Origin: a virus
Virus record (IMG/VR): IMGVR_UViG_3300044981_000387
Coordinates: 56,728-120,727 of that record
Reading direction: 5' to 3' (one strand)
DNA: 64,000 nucleotides
Within the stretch, counting starts at the first letter, position 1; each line of letters opens with the position of its first letter. Of the stretch, positions 54,000 through 63,016 are shown piece by piece. The translations under genes and the position numbers were made by a program. The notes below the pieces were generated by a model. That model was not told where the DNA came from. It saw nothing but the letters and a program-made list of their open reading frames with translations, and did no database searches.

Positions 54000-55223
54000 T
54001 CAATCATTGTCTAAAGCTTTATCATGGAAGGTTAATCCCTCAATTTGCTTAATCTGTTCTAAATTATCCTTGGGCACACATCCAACGATTCTTGGCCCAT
54101 AACCGTAGCCACGAGACTCAAATCCAAACTTAGCTAATTGGGCCTCAAAAAACTCACGTAATTCGTCATTCTTTTTGTAATCACCAGGAGTATACTCAAA
54201 AGTAGCATGAATATCTACCATGGCTTCAGTGTCTCGCACGAACCAACCAATTTGGGGTCTGACGGCACCATCGACCAACTGAAATCCAGAGAACCCAGCT
54301 GCCAACTCCATCTTAAACTCTTGCGCATAATATTCCCACTTGAAAGGAACTTTGGCCATGCCAACTGGGAAATTATCGGTGGTATAATGTCCGGTGGCAC
54401 GAAACTCATTACGAAGAGTAAACTCAGAAGTCTCGTAGTCTTTTAGGTAGGGGAACAGGTGAGTAATCCAACCACTAATGAATGGACCTCCTGAACCACC
54501 ACTCTCTTTATAAATGCTCTTCCAGAAATTGACATCAGCATTACCTTGCGCGGCATTGACAAACTCTTGCACAATTGGTTCTAATTTAGAGGTCCACCAA
54601 CTCAAATCAAACTCCGAGATATTATGAACTCGTGTCAATATATCTTGCCAGTCTTGTGAGGTGCCCAACAAAGTAATTTCGGGAATGCCACACCGAGTTC
54701 GACAAGTATAATCGAAATACTTGGACATAGCTTCCATCAATACAATCTCACTGGCTGCCAACTCTACCGGACCAGTAGTAGAAAAGTTATTGACAATCAA
54801 ATCGCGCTTCTTGCCGATATATCCTGCCAATTGTGTAGAAAACTCGCCCAACATATGAGGCCAATCATTGTCAGGACTACCCTTAACAAAAAAGTCTTCA
54901 TCAACAATTAACTCTTTTTTACCCTCAAAGTTAACAAATTGAGAACGAAGTTGTTCCGCATTATTGGTAATATGGGTAGAAAGTCCTTGACTGATAGTCA
55001 ACCACAACATATCTGGGGACAACACCAACGGTAAATGTTGATCATAAGCAGTATTGATGCTACTCAATAGGTTATGAGTAGGGGTAATAAAACCTGTCTC
55101 TGACAAAGAGCAAGCCTCCACTCCATTGCCTACTAAACCTTTGACAGTATGCATGTCTTTGGCTCGCATATATTTAGTATCCAAAACGCCTTGCTTTACA
55201 TTATCTACCTTAAAAGTAATCAT
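54000..55223 (-). CDS. DUF4419 family protein
   Basis: AYDQHLPLVLSPDMLW, NFSTT, CGIPEITLLGT..DW, SGWITHL. Confidence 0.85.
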   Translation of the reverse strand: MITFKVDNVKQGVLDTKYMRAKDMHTVKGLVGNGVEACSLSETGFITPTHNLLSSINTAYDQHLPLVLSPDMLWLTISQGLSTHITNNAEQLRSQFVNFEGKKELIVDEDFFVKGSPDNDWPHMLGEFSTQLAGYIGKKRDLIVNNFSTTGPVELAASEIVLMEAMSKYFDYTCRTRCGIPEITLLGTSQDWQDILTRVHNISEFDLSWWTSKLEPIVQEFVNAAQGNADVNFWKSIYKESGGSGGPFISGWITHLFPYLKDYETSEFTLRNEFRATGHYTTDNFPVGMAKVPFKWEYYAQEFKMELAAGFSGFQLVDGAVRPQIGWFVRDTEAMVDIHATFEYTPGDYKKNDELREFFEAQLAKFGFESRGYGYGPRIVGCVPKDNLEQIKQIEGLTFHDKALDND

Positions 55224-55237
55224 CTTATCTCCATAAA

Positions 55238-55462
55238 TTATTTATCAGGAATAACTTTTATCACAATACTTCCGCTATCATAATTGTCAGCCGAAGTGCA
55301 AATCATCATTTTCTCTTTCCATGGATAGCAGGCGCTATTACTGTAAATAGATAGCTGCCCATCTTTACTTCGATAGAAGAGACGATGACCGTTAGGGGTA
55401 AACCACAAGGATCCACCACAATTACATAACACAAGCGATAGAATCAAAAACAAATATCTCAC
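55238..55462 (-). CDS. small putative lipoprotein
   Basis: Signal-like N-terminus ending in VLCNC. Confidence 0.55.
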   Translation of the reverse strand: MRYLFLILSLVLCNCGGSLWFTPNGHRLFYRSKDGQLSIYSNSACYPWKEKMMICTSADNYDSGSIVIKVIPDK

Positions 55463-55564
55463 ATCATGATATATATGAGGTGCCGATCATATTTACCCAA
55501 TATTGTGTTGGATTCTAAATTATATCGTGCACCAACTCGTAATTATTTACATTTGGAGATACTT

Positions 55565-56437
55565 ATGCAATTCAATAATCTTGATCTACCTAACGATAGA
55601 CATACCATCAATGCTTGGGCCCGTTCTTTTTATGCTTTAGAGCCAGATATTCATCGTATTATTACCCAACACGCATTATTGCTGAGTAAATACTACTGCT
55701 TACAAGAATGTGAACATCAATTTGCCAACACTTTCTGCAAAGAAATGTTGGAAGCATTAGATATTGTTCCATTTCTTGAGCAAATAATAACAGAGTATTT
55801 TGTTATTGGAGAAGTATATATTTACGCGCAGTTGGATGAAGCAAAAGGCAAATGGAATAAGTTAATGATTCAGAATCCAGACTATATTCTTGTGAAACGA
55901 GATACTGTTAGCGAAACTACTGAAAATAGTCATCATTATTTCTTGCGTCCTGATGAAAACATGCGACGCTTGGTTCTCTCTGAGAGAGAAGAAGATATTA
56001 AAAAGAGCCTAGAACTAAATCCACATGTTAGATCTCTTATTAAGGAGGGCAAGAATATTCCATTAGACAATTTCTATATGTGCGCTTTGACACATAAATT
56101 ATCCCCTTATGAAATAAGGGGGACTAGTTTTCTACTTCCGCTTTTCCCCCTTCTAAAAGGCGGAACAAAAACTCCTCAAGATACTCAAATCATTAAAGAA
56201 ACTCTTTTTGACACCCGCATACTTAATTCGGGAGTCTCAAAAGATATAGTGATGATGCGATACCTCTTTATTATTAATATGTTAGAGGGTTGGCTGAATA
56301 AAAAGATAATACAGCCTATTGCCAAAATACATAACTTTCAACGACAAACACCAGATAAACAATCTAGTGAATTATGTTTTCCATATATTCAATTCAACAA
56401 AACAAAATTAAGAAAAGAATTGAACAAAGTTAAATAA
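55565..56437 (+). CDS. short portal-protein-like paralog
   Basis: LDLPNDRHTINAWARSFY, EYFVIGEVYIYAQLD, IQNPDYI, LRPDENMR, SPYEIRGT, NMLEGWL.KKII.PI.K resemble recalled large-phage portal segments. Confidence 0.6.
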   Translation: MQFNNLDLPNDRHTINAWARSFYALEPDIHRIITQHALLLSKYYCLQECEHQFANTFCKEMLEALDIVPFLEQIITEYFVIGEVYIYAQLDEAKGKWNKLMIQNPDYILVKRDTVSETTENSHHYFLRPDENMRRLVLSEREEDIKKSLELNPHVRSLIKEGKNIPLDNFYMCALTHKLSPYEIRGTSFLLPLFPLLKGGTKTPQDTQIIKETLFDTRILNSGVSKDIVMMRYLFIINMLEGWLNKKIIQPIAKIHNFQRQTPDKQSSELCFPYIQFNKTKLRKELNKVK

Positions 56438-56737
56438 CTACTCACGCAGGAGGCGCGTGTGAATGGTGTCTATTATAACACAGACGGCGCCTCCTGCCAA
56501 GGCCCAACACACTGTCCAGCCCAATTTATAACTTTCTTGCGTCATTAAATAGACAGCCAATCCAGCCCAACAGCCCGTGCAATAATAACAACTTAATAAT
56601 TTGTAGAATTGCACGCCCACCACCGGCAACTTCATCATCCAATTGCGCCAACGACCAATGACATTCCAGGGACCATCCGTTTCTTTAATGGCGAACGCCA
56701 AACCGTAAATTGCGAAGATAGCAATTATTATGTCCAT
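56438..56737 (-). CDS. DUF1360-like small membrane protein
   Basis: DGPWN..., LLSCYYCTGCW; ends in TAG. Confidence 0.7.
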   Translation of the reverse strand: MDIIIAIFAIYGLAFAIKETDGPWNVIGRWRNWMMKLPVVGVQFYKLLSCYYCTGCWAGLAVYLMTQESYKLGWTVCWALAGGAVCVIIDTIHTRLLRE

Positions 56738-56991
56738 GAATCTGGATTCTCTATATTTTCTGGGTGTATAGCAAGGTTTTCGTCTTCAAGCCTTTCTACT
56801 TCTTCTTGACGACGCAATTCACAGTATTCATACCAAATGTGTTTAGCATCTAGCAAATCTTGGTAATGCACCATATATCCAGTAGTTTTAAGATAGGCTG
56901 CCTCCTCTTTAGCTTTTTCCACTTTTTGTTGATAAAAAGCCTCAATACCCGGATCACATTTAGGACAAGTTGTATTGTTACAATTACACAT
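56728..56991 (-). CDS. hypothetical protein
   Basis: MCNCNNTTCPKC...; start moved to 56991. Confidence 0.55.
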   Translation of the reverse strand: MCNCNNTTCPKCDPGIEAFYQQKVEKAKEEAAYLKTTGYMVHYQDLLDAKHIWYEYCELRRQEEVERLEDENLAIHPENIENPDSWT

Positions 56992-56995
56992 TATC

Positions 56996-57247
56996 TTACG
57001 CCTTTTTTTCTTCATTTTTCCGATAAGCCTCTTCATTCTCTGCCGCCTCACACATAGCATGTGCTTCAAGTGCAGCATCTATTTCCATATCTCTGGCACA
57101 CTGCTCATTTTCATAAAGGCTTTGACCCGCCTCACAAGTGCAATAGGATTCCCCACCACTTAAATCATCTCGAAAAAATCCAGAATCATGACAAGAGGGG
57201 CAATAATAATCCTTCTTATAACCGTACATATCGACAAACTTTTTCAT
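56996..57247 (-). CDS. Cys-rich hypothetical protein
   Basis: KFVDMYGY...YCPSC..G...YCTCEAG; paralog of 57244-57456. Confidence 0.65.
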   Translation of the reverse strand: MKKFVDMYGYKKDYYCPSCHDSGFFRDDLSGGESYCTCEAGQSLYENEQCARDMEIDAALEAHAMCEAAENEEAYRKNEEKKA

Positions 57248-57456
57248 CTATGATCCTTTCTTTTTTGATCCAAAACCTGTAGCTTTTGACCTGTCTCATC
57301 CAAAGCTCGCAACTTTTCACCCACCTCACACGAACAATAGCAGTATTCTAGTGATAGGCAACAGTGATAAGTTCCGCCATCTTTGCAATAAGGACAATAA
57401 AAATCACATTCATAACCATAGATATCTACAAACTTCTGTGTCCATGGCGGATTCAT
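57244..57456 (-). CDS. Cys-rich hypothetical protein
   Basis: KFVDIYGY...YCPYC..G...YCSCEVG. Confidence 0.65.
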   Translation of the reverse strand: MNPPWTQKFVDIYGYECDFYCPYCKDGGTYHCCLSLEYCYCSCEVGEKLRALDETGQKLQVLDQKRKDHR

Positions 57457-57884
57457 CGATGACCTCCATGCCCGCCACCATGACTCCCGCCACCATGATA
57501 ACCGCCATGCGATCCACCACCGTGATAGCCTCCGCCACCAAAATGATGCCCATAATAACCACGAAAACCGTGCCCATTATAAAAACCATGCTCATGATAA
57601 AACCCATGATATCGCTCCCAATAGCCCGGATAATACCCATAATGCCACACACCACCATACCAGAACCCACCGGCACCAATCCATACACCAAAATAAGAGT
57701 CCAAATAGAGCGGACCTTCTGGTGAAATATAATATTGGACATCGCACACTTCGCGCTCACCATAATCGTCTTCTACTACCACACAACCATAAGCAGGATC
57801 ACTGGGTGGAACGGGCGGATCGGCATAAGCCACACAACTAACTAACATTAATACTGCCACTAAACTGAAAATAATATTCTTCAT
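57453..57884 (-). CDS. secreted Gly/His/Tyr-rich protein
   Basis: Signal peptide, GAGG RBS, tail with GGYHGGGSHGG twice. Confidence 0.75.
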   Translation of the reverse strand: MKNIIFSLVAVLMLVSCVAYADPPVPPSDPAYGCVVVEDDYGEREVCDVQYYISPEGPLYLDSYFGVWIGAGGFWYGGVWHYGYYPGYWERYHGFYHEHGFYNGHGFRGYYGHHFGGGGYHGGGSHGGYHGGGSHGGGHGGHR

Positions 57885-57893
57885 TTTAATACC

Positions 57894-58520
57894 TCAAATC
57901 TTTAATTGCCATAAATCTTCAGTAGTTAATCCTTTTCGTTTTAACCACCATTGTAATCTATCTAAACGAACCGTCAATTTGGTATCCAAGTAATCTCTAT
58001 CAGGAGGACCAAATAAATCGTTGTCATGCAGCCATTGTAAATGCACGCAAGCCTCTACCGTAGCTATCATATTGTCCAAATCTACTACCACCAAAGACAC
58101 ATATTGTCGAGGATCTAGGTTTTTCCCATCCAATTTGGAACCAAAAATCTTTTTATCGGTCAGCTCAAAAATCCAAGAAGCTCCCCATTCTTTGGCGTCC
58201 TGAGCCCTTTTAGTTTTGACCCCAATTCTAATATCAGAAGCTGTATCAATCAAATCCTCTTCCCACGACTTATCTTTCTTTTGATACACCTGATGATCGG
58301 GTTGCGATAGCTGTGGATAATAATGAGAATAAACATTATAAGTAGCTTCTTCTCCTACTTTTCCATGTGTAATTTGGTTTAATATTCTCTCTGTCTTTTC
58401 GGGATCTTGTCCCCTGGATGCAATGGCATCGATATTAGTATCGATAGAGTCTTCGGCAAACTTTCTACATTTAGCGACGAGGTTCGGATCTAATTTTATT
58501 ATATTGTTTTGCGGTTTCAT
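57894..58520 (-). CDS. hypothetical protein (possible PD-(D/E)XK fold)
   Basis: GKVGE...PD...D....IGVKT. Confidence 0.5.
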   Translation of the reverse strand: MKPQNNIIKLDPNLVAKCRKFAEDSIDTNIDAIASRGQDPEKTERILNQITHGKVGEEATYNVYSHYYPQLSQPDHQVYQKKDKSWEEDLIDTASDIRIGVKTKRAQDAKEWGASWIFELTDKKIFGSKLDGKNLDPRQYVSLVVVDLDNMIATVEACVHLQWLHDNDLFGPPDRDYLDTKLTVRLDRLQWWLKRKGLTTEDLWQLKI

Positions 58521-58546
58521 TTTACCTCGATCAGCATATAACCAAG

Positions 58547-59356
58547 TCAAATGAAAATATGCTCCTCATTGCGGGGCTCACCGTAATATTTAGCCTTGCT
58601 GACTTTACATTCGATATTACGAGAAACATGAATCCAAGCATCAGTATGGGTATGTCCTGCCAACACTAACACATGTTTCTTCTTATGTTCCACCATAACC
58701 TTTTCAATAGCTCGACCTAAACGCAAATTGGTATTGTAAGGCAACCAAAACTTCTCCATAAAAGTTCCCACATCACGAGTAGCTTCTTTCCAAGGAGGAA
58801 AATGTGTCAGTAAATAAATGGTTTTATATTTCCGCTCGATAGCCTGCTCTAATTTATTGGCGATATCTTCGGCACTTTTGTCTGCCAAGGCGCGCCATGC
58901 TGCAATTCTATCTTCCATACTGGGTAGTTTGCGAAAATCTTTCACCAACCACCAATCAAAAGTCATCTTTAAGTATTCTGGTTTACCTTCTTCAGCATCA
59001 TACCAACCTTCAGCACCAATAATACAAACTTCATCATTGATATGAATGACGCCTGCTTCTGTCAACCAGATCAAATTGGGATACTTTTGACATAAAGTTC
59101 TAATCTTATCATGCATTTGATCGATAAAATGCCAATGATAGTCATGGTTTCCAAGAATAAAATAGATAGGACAAATTAAGCGTTTAGCTAACCTTTCCAA
59201 ATCCTTAATAGTTTTCCTACCATTGGAGATATCGCCAGTTAGAAAGATACCTTTAGGGTTTTGTTTGGCTACATTTTTAATGAAAAAATATTTGGTCCAA
59301 GGCATCACCTTGTCTAAGTGTGTATCAGTGAACCATAGATATTTACATTTTTCCAT
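58547..59356 (-). CDS. metallophosphoesterase
   Basis: TDTHL, TGDIS, LGNHDY, THFPP, AGHTH. Confidence 0.9.
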   Translation of the reverse strand: MEKCKYLWFTDTHLDKVMPWTKYFFIKNVAKQNPKGIFLTGDISNGRKTIKDLERLAKRLICPIYFILGNHDYHWHFIDQMHDKIRTLCQKYPNLIWLTEAGVIHINDEVCIIGAEGWYDAEEGKPEYLKMTFDWWLVKDFRKLPSMEDRIAAWRALADKSAEDIANKLEQAIERKYKTIYLLTHFPPWKEATRDVGTFMEKFWLPYNTNLRLGRAIEKVMVEHKKKHVLVLAGHTHTDAWIHVSRNIECKVSKAKYYGEPRNEEHIFI

Positions 59357-59377
59357 ACAGATATTACTTAATATCTA

Positions 59378-61252
59378 CTACTCTATCATAGACAAAAACT
59401 CGTCTTCTGAAATTAAAGAAGTGCCCAACTTGCGAGCCGCTTGAGCTTTACTACTAGTGCTTGCCGTATCATTGATCACTAGATAAGTGAGCCCTTTGCC
59501 CACACTGGACTTAACAGTCCCTCCTGCCTCTACTACCATTTGTTCCAATTCGGCTCGTTTATGAGACATGGTCCCAGTAAAACATAGACTTTTGTTCGTT
59601 AATTTTCCAATAATCTTCTTTTTGATCTTCACACCATTGGTTAAAAGATCCAGAATCAGTTGCTGATTATCTTTTAGTCCTTGTGCCAAAGACTCTGACT
59701 TGGTAGGTCCCACACCAGGGACTTGAGCAAACTCATTAGCACCCAACTGCCCGAACTTAGTTAGAGTGTCGCAACCAGCATCCATAATAGCTTTAATGGT
59801 GCTTTGCCCAATCATAGGAATGGATAAGGCCCCCAAACATACTTCCAAGGAAATCTCTTTATTAGCGTGTAAGATATCATAGCATTTTTGAGCAGACTTG
59901 TCTCCCATACGATCCAGGGTAGCTATATCATTGACGGTTAAGGTATATAGATCGGCTACCGTTCTAACCTTCTTAGCATCTACTAACTTCTCTACCAAGG
60001 TATCGCCCCACTCGAGCAGGTTGAGTTCTTTGATCCAGTTTTTAATGCGACCAATAATCTGGGCTCGGCAGGACTGAGTGTTAGTACATAGTAGGTTCTC
60101 ACCATCCATTCTAACATTGCCGCCACACTCAGGACATTCTTTGGGAGCTTGAGCTACTTTACCAGTGCCTTTAATCAATTCTTCAATACGAGGAATGACA
60201 TCATTAGCACGAGACACTAAAACAGTAGCACCGATATCTACACCTAACTCTTCAATATAGGCAATGTTATACATGCTAGCCCTGGTAACGGTAGCACCTA
60301 CTAAAATCACTGGATCTACTACTGCTACTGGAGTTAGGCGTCCGCTATTGCCTACTTGCCAAATGATATCTTTGATAGTGGATTCACGAGACTCATTATC
60401 AAACTTAAAAGCAATGGCACCTTTGGGTCGAAGGTCTTTATCGCCCAGAGCCATTTGCTTGGCCATATCATTGATACGAATCACCAAACCATCAATATCA
60501 TAGTCTAATTTATCGCGCTCTGCATCCTGATAATTGCGCCAATGAGTATTAACGCTGGAATCGTTAGGTAGCACCCAATAATTAGGAGTATCTAAATCCT
60601 GTTTTTGCAACCACTCAAACTGAGCCCTTTCTGTCTTGAAATCTATATCACCCAATACCTGATAGAAAAGAATGTTGAGTTTATCCACTCCCACCCCATC
60701 TAAACGCTTGCTAGTGCCAGAAGCAGCATTGCGCGGATTAGCTTTATCCGCAAAATGCTGTTTATGGGTACTCTTAAACATGATGATCTCACCACGCAAA
60801 GAACCGGTGAACTTATGTTTCAGGTGAGAGGGCACTCCACCCATCTTGGCCACATTGACAGTAATATCCTCCCCAGTTTCGCCATCACCACGGGTAATGC
60901 CTTGTACTAGACTGCCATTTTCGTAAATAACCTCAATAGAGAGTCCGTCTAACTTCTCGGTGACGAATAATAGCTCATTGCCAGCCATATCATCTGCCCA
61001 TTTAGACAATTCAGCTGGCGTATTGACTTTGTCCAAGCTTCCCATTGGGATCTGATGTTTGGCCTTTTGCCATTCAGAAGGTACCACAGGAGCACCAATT
61101 GCCGTGACGGCTTTGTTGGTAGGATCTAACAGGCGCAGTTCATCAACCCAAGAATCGAAAATCTTATCGGATACACTAGGTGTATCGTTATAATAATCAT
61201 TGCGAGCCTTGAAAATCTTATTTTCTAGCTCTTGAGTACGATTAGCGTGCAT
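59378..61252 (-). CDS. ligA: NAD+-dependent DNA ligase
   Basis: HQIPMGSLDK, EKLDGLS, TRGDG..GEDIT, RGE, NPRNAASG, DGLV, CPECG Zn finger, HhH repeats, BRCT; ends TAG TAG. Confidence 0.97.
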   Translation of the reverse strand: MHANRTQELENKIFKARNDYYNDTPSVSDKIFDSWVDELRLLDPTNKAVTAIGAPVVPSEWQKAKHQIPMGSLDKVNTPAELSKWADDMAGNELLFVTEKLDGLSIEVIYENGSLVQGITRGDGETGEDITVNVAKMGGVPSHLKHKFTGSLRGEIIMFKSTHKQHFADKANPRNAASGTSKRLDGVGVDKLNILFYQVLGDIDFKTERAQFEWLQKQDLDTPNYWVLPNDSSVNTHWRNYQDAERDKLDYDIDGLVIRINDMAKQMALGDKDLRPKGAIAFKFDNESRESTIKDIIWQVGNSGRLTPVAVVDPVILVGATVTRASMYNIAYIEELGVDIGATVLVSRANDVIPRIEELIKGTGKVAQAPKECPECGGNVRMDGENLLCTNTQSCRAQIIGRIKNWIKELNLLEWGDTLVEKLVDAKKVRTVADLYTLTVNDIATLDRMGDKSAQKCYDILHANKEISLEVCLGALSIPMIGQSTIKAIMDAGCDTLTKFGQLGANEFAQVPGVGPTKSESLAQGLKDNQQLILDLLTNGVKIKKKIIGKLTNKSLCFTGTMSHKRAELEQMVVEAGGTVKSSVGKGLTYLVINDTASTSSKAQAARKLGTSLISEDEFLSMIE

Positions 61253-61341
61253 TTATAACCTGTAAATATGGCTGGGTAAGTGCAGTCCAGTTAAAATTAG
61301 AGACGCCAACAGAAGGCGCAGCACGCCTATGGTGCAAACCT

Positions 61342-61369
61342 AATGTAAGGCCTAGACGCAATTTGTCAA
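61342..61369 (-). promoter_or_regulatory. sigma70 promoter for ligA
   Basis: TTGACA-N16-TACATT, 89 nt upstream of the ligA ATG. Confidence 0.6.
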
Positions 61370-61377
61370 GTCCAGGG

Positions 61378-61920
61378 CTACTTTTTAGCCGGTATTTTGG
61401 GCAGTTTTAGGGTGCGAAATGGTGCCGCGACCCCTGCACTGAAGGTGCTGGCAGCTTTCAGGGCAGTAGTAATTCTTTTGAGCGGATCTAATTCGGGGGT
61501 AGCATACATGGCTCCCAAAGCTAAATCGGAACCACAACCGACCGCATCATATAGCTTTGCTGGAATGCCTACTTGAAAATCAACATCAATAGTGTATAGT
61601 TTACCCTTATATCCTACTAAAAACTGTCCGCCCTTCTTCGTCTCACCAAAATCGTTATCCGTAAAACATTTACGAACAGCATCAATAAAAGTAGTGACCA
61701 TGTATTGCATATCATCTTGCTGTATAGTCTGTGCTGTTGGGTTGAACTTATATCTCAATAATTGCCCCATTCTGAAACTGGTAGTAAAACCCATAATAAA
61801 AGGACCGTTGATAAAAACCTTTTCATCCGCACGAATAGTAAGATATAGCCCATCTACTCCAGCGCTATCACCACCCATATACACATCGCCTTTATCTACC
61901 AATCCAATTATACAAGTCAT
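61378..61920 (-). CDS. HslV/proteasome-beta-like Ntn hydrolase
   Basis: N-terminal (M)TCIIG, GGDSAG, AVGCGSDLALGAM; ends in TAG. Confidence 0.85.
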   Translation of the reverse strand: MTCIIGLVDKGDVYMGGDSAGVDGLYLTIRADEKVFINGPFIMGFTTSFRMGQLLRYKFNPTAQTIQQDDMQYMVTTFIDAVRKCFTDNDFGETKKGGQFLVGYKGKLYTIDVDFQVGIPAKLYDAVGCGSDLALGAMYATPELDPLKRITTALKAASTFSAGVAAPFRTLKLPKIPAKK

Positions 61921-62645
61921 ATTACATTTTCCTTGGGTTTTTGGCAAAAACACTCTACCATGTTTTCGTCGTCAGGTGCCGGATACCAGCCCTGACCTTG
62001 ACAAATGACACAGGCATTTTTCTTCTTTTGTTCTGCAATTTCAATAATGGTGTTGTATCGTTCCACTAATCTTTTAATTTCATCACGAATGACCGTAATA
62101 TTAGGATAATTAGTGAGAGGCGCCAGTTGCATCAATCTATCAAAAATGGGGAAGTAGCATTCTTTGGTTTCCTTAATTTGCTTCTTCTGAAACTCCAGGG
62201 TAGTACCGGGCACCATGAGGGAGCGCAAATTATCTAACCTATCACAGGCCTTAATTAACAGAACCTTCCAATCTTGGCAATGACTTAACCTATCAATGTA
62301 TCCTTCTTTAGGAACTTTGCTTAACAGCTTAACTAGAGTAATTACCTCTGCACCAAAACAATGCTCCAATAGTTCAGCCGACAAATCATGAGTGTCTTCT
62401 AAGGAATCATGCAAAAGGGCGGCAATCACCATATCACGATCCACCATTTTAACTTCATCCATTAAAATAATAGCTACTCTTCTGACATGCTCAAAATAAC
62501 GAGTAGGCTTACCTTCTGTTAGTTCCTTTCTAGTTTGGGCTCGGTGTCCAAACTTAGCCAGACAATAGGCCAGTTTAACATCCAACTGCTGAGAAGGTGG
62601 CAGGTAAGGCTTAATGCGGGCCTGAAAGGTCTCTTTATTCTCCAT
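61917..62645 (-). CDS. HD-domain RelA/SpoT-type hydrolase (Mesh1/SAH-like)
   Basis: H..QTRK, YFEHVRRVA, AALLHDSLEDT, IKACDRLDNLRS. Confidence 0.88.
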   Translation of the reverse strand: MENKETFQARIKPYLPPSQQLDVKLAYCLAKFGHRAQTRKELTEGKPTRYFEHVRRVAIILMDEVKMVDRDMVIAALLHDSLEDTHDLSAELLEHCFGAEVITLVKLLSKVPKEGYIDRLSHCQDWKVLLIKACDRLDNLRSLMVPGTTLEFQKKQIKETKECYFPIFDRLMQLAPLTNYPNITVIRDEIKRLVERYNTIIEIAEQKKKNACVICQGQGWYPAPDDENMVECFCQKPKENVI

Positions 62646-62647
62646 AG

Positions 62648-63016
62648 TTAATCTTTTTGTCCCTTATATATTTTGACTGCTTGCGCTTTTGTTAAATTAA
62701 AATGCTTTAACAAAGCTTGCAATAGGACATAATCATTATGCGATTCTTTTCGGCAAATTACACAAGTAATTGGAGTTTTGTCGTCTATCACATAATTACC
62801 ATTATCCCACTCTTCCCAACGAGGGCTATTTTCATCTTCATTTACTTCTATACGCCTACCATTATTTTCATCAAGAAGATAAGGATTAAAATAATTCTCT
62901 AACTTGCCACAACCTAGCCTACAAAAACTAGAACCGCAATCACAAGAACAGCAATATTCGCTATCATCTCGATAACCATTATCGCAACCATCACATTTTA
63001 AGTAGTCGACGCCCAT
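62648..63016 (-). CDS. Cys-rich hypothetical protein
   Basis: CDGC, CSCDCGSSFC, CVIC. Confidence 0.65.
   Translation of the reverse strand: MGVDYLKCDGCDNGYRDDSEYCCSCDCGSSFCRLGCGKLENYFNPYLLDENNGRRIEVNEDENSPRWEEWDNGNYVIDDKTPITCVICRKESHNDYVLLQALLKHFNLTKAQAVKIYKGQKD

Noticed and set aside
57351-57763. Track ORFs 57351-57725 (+) and 57410-57763 (-)
   Set aside because: Alternative-frame shadows of the Gly/His repeat gene.
3532-60503. Numerous 60-140 aa antisense ORFs in the track (e.g. 3532, 6130, 21086, 27149, 28699, 29848, 43000, 52923, 60264)
   Set aside because: They lie opposite well-supported genes and have no RBS or motifs.
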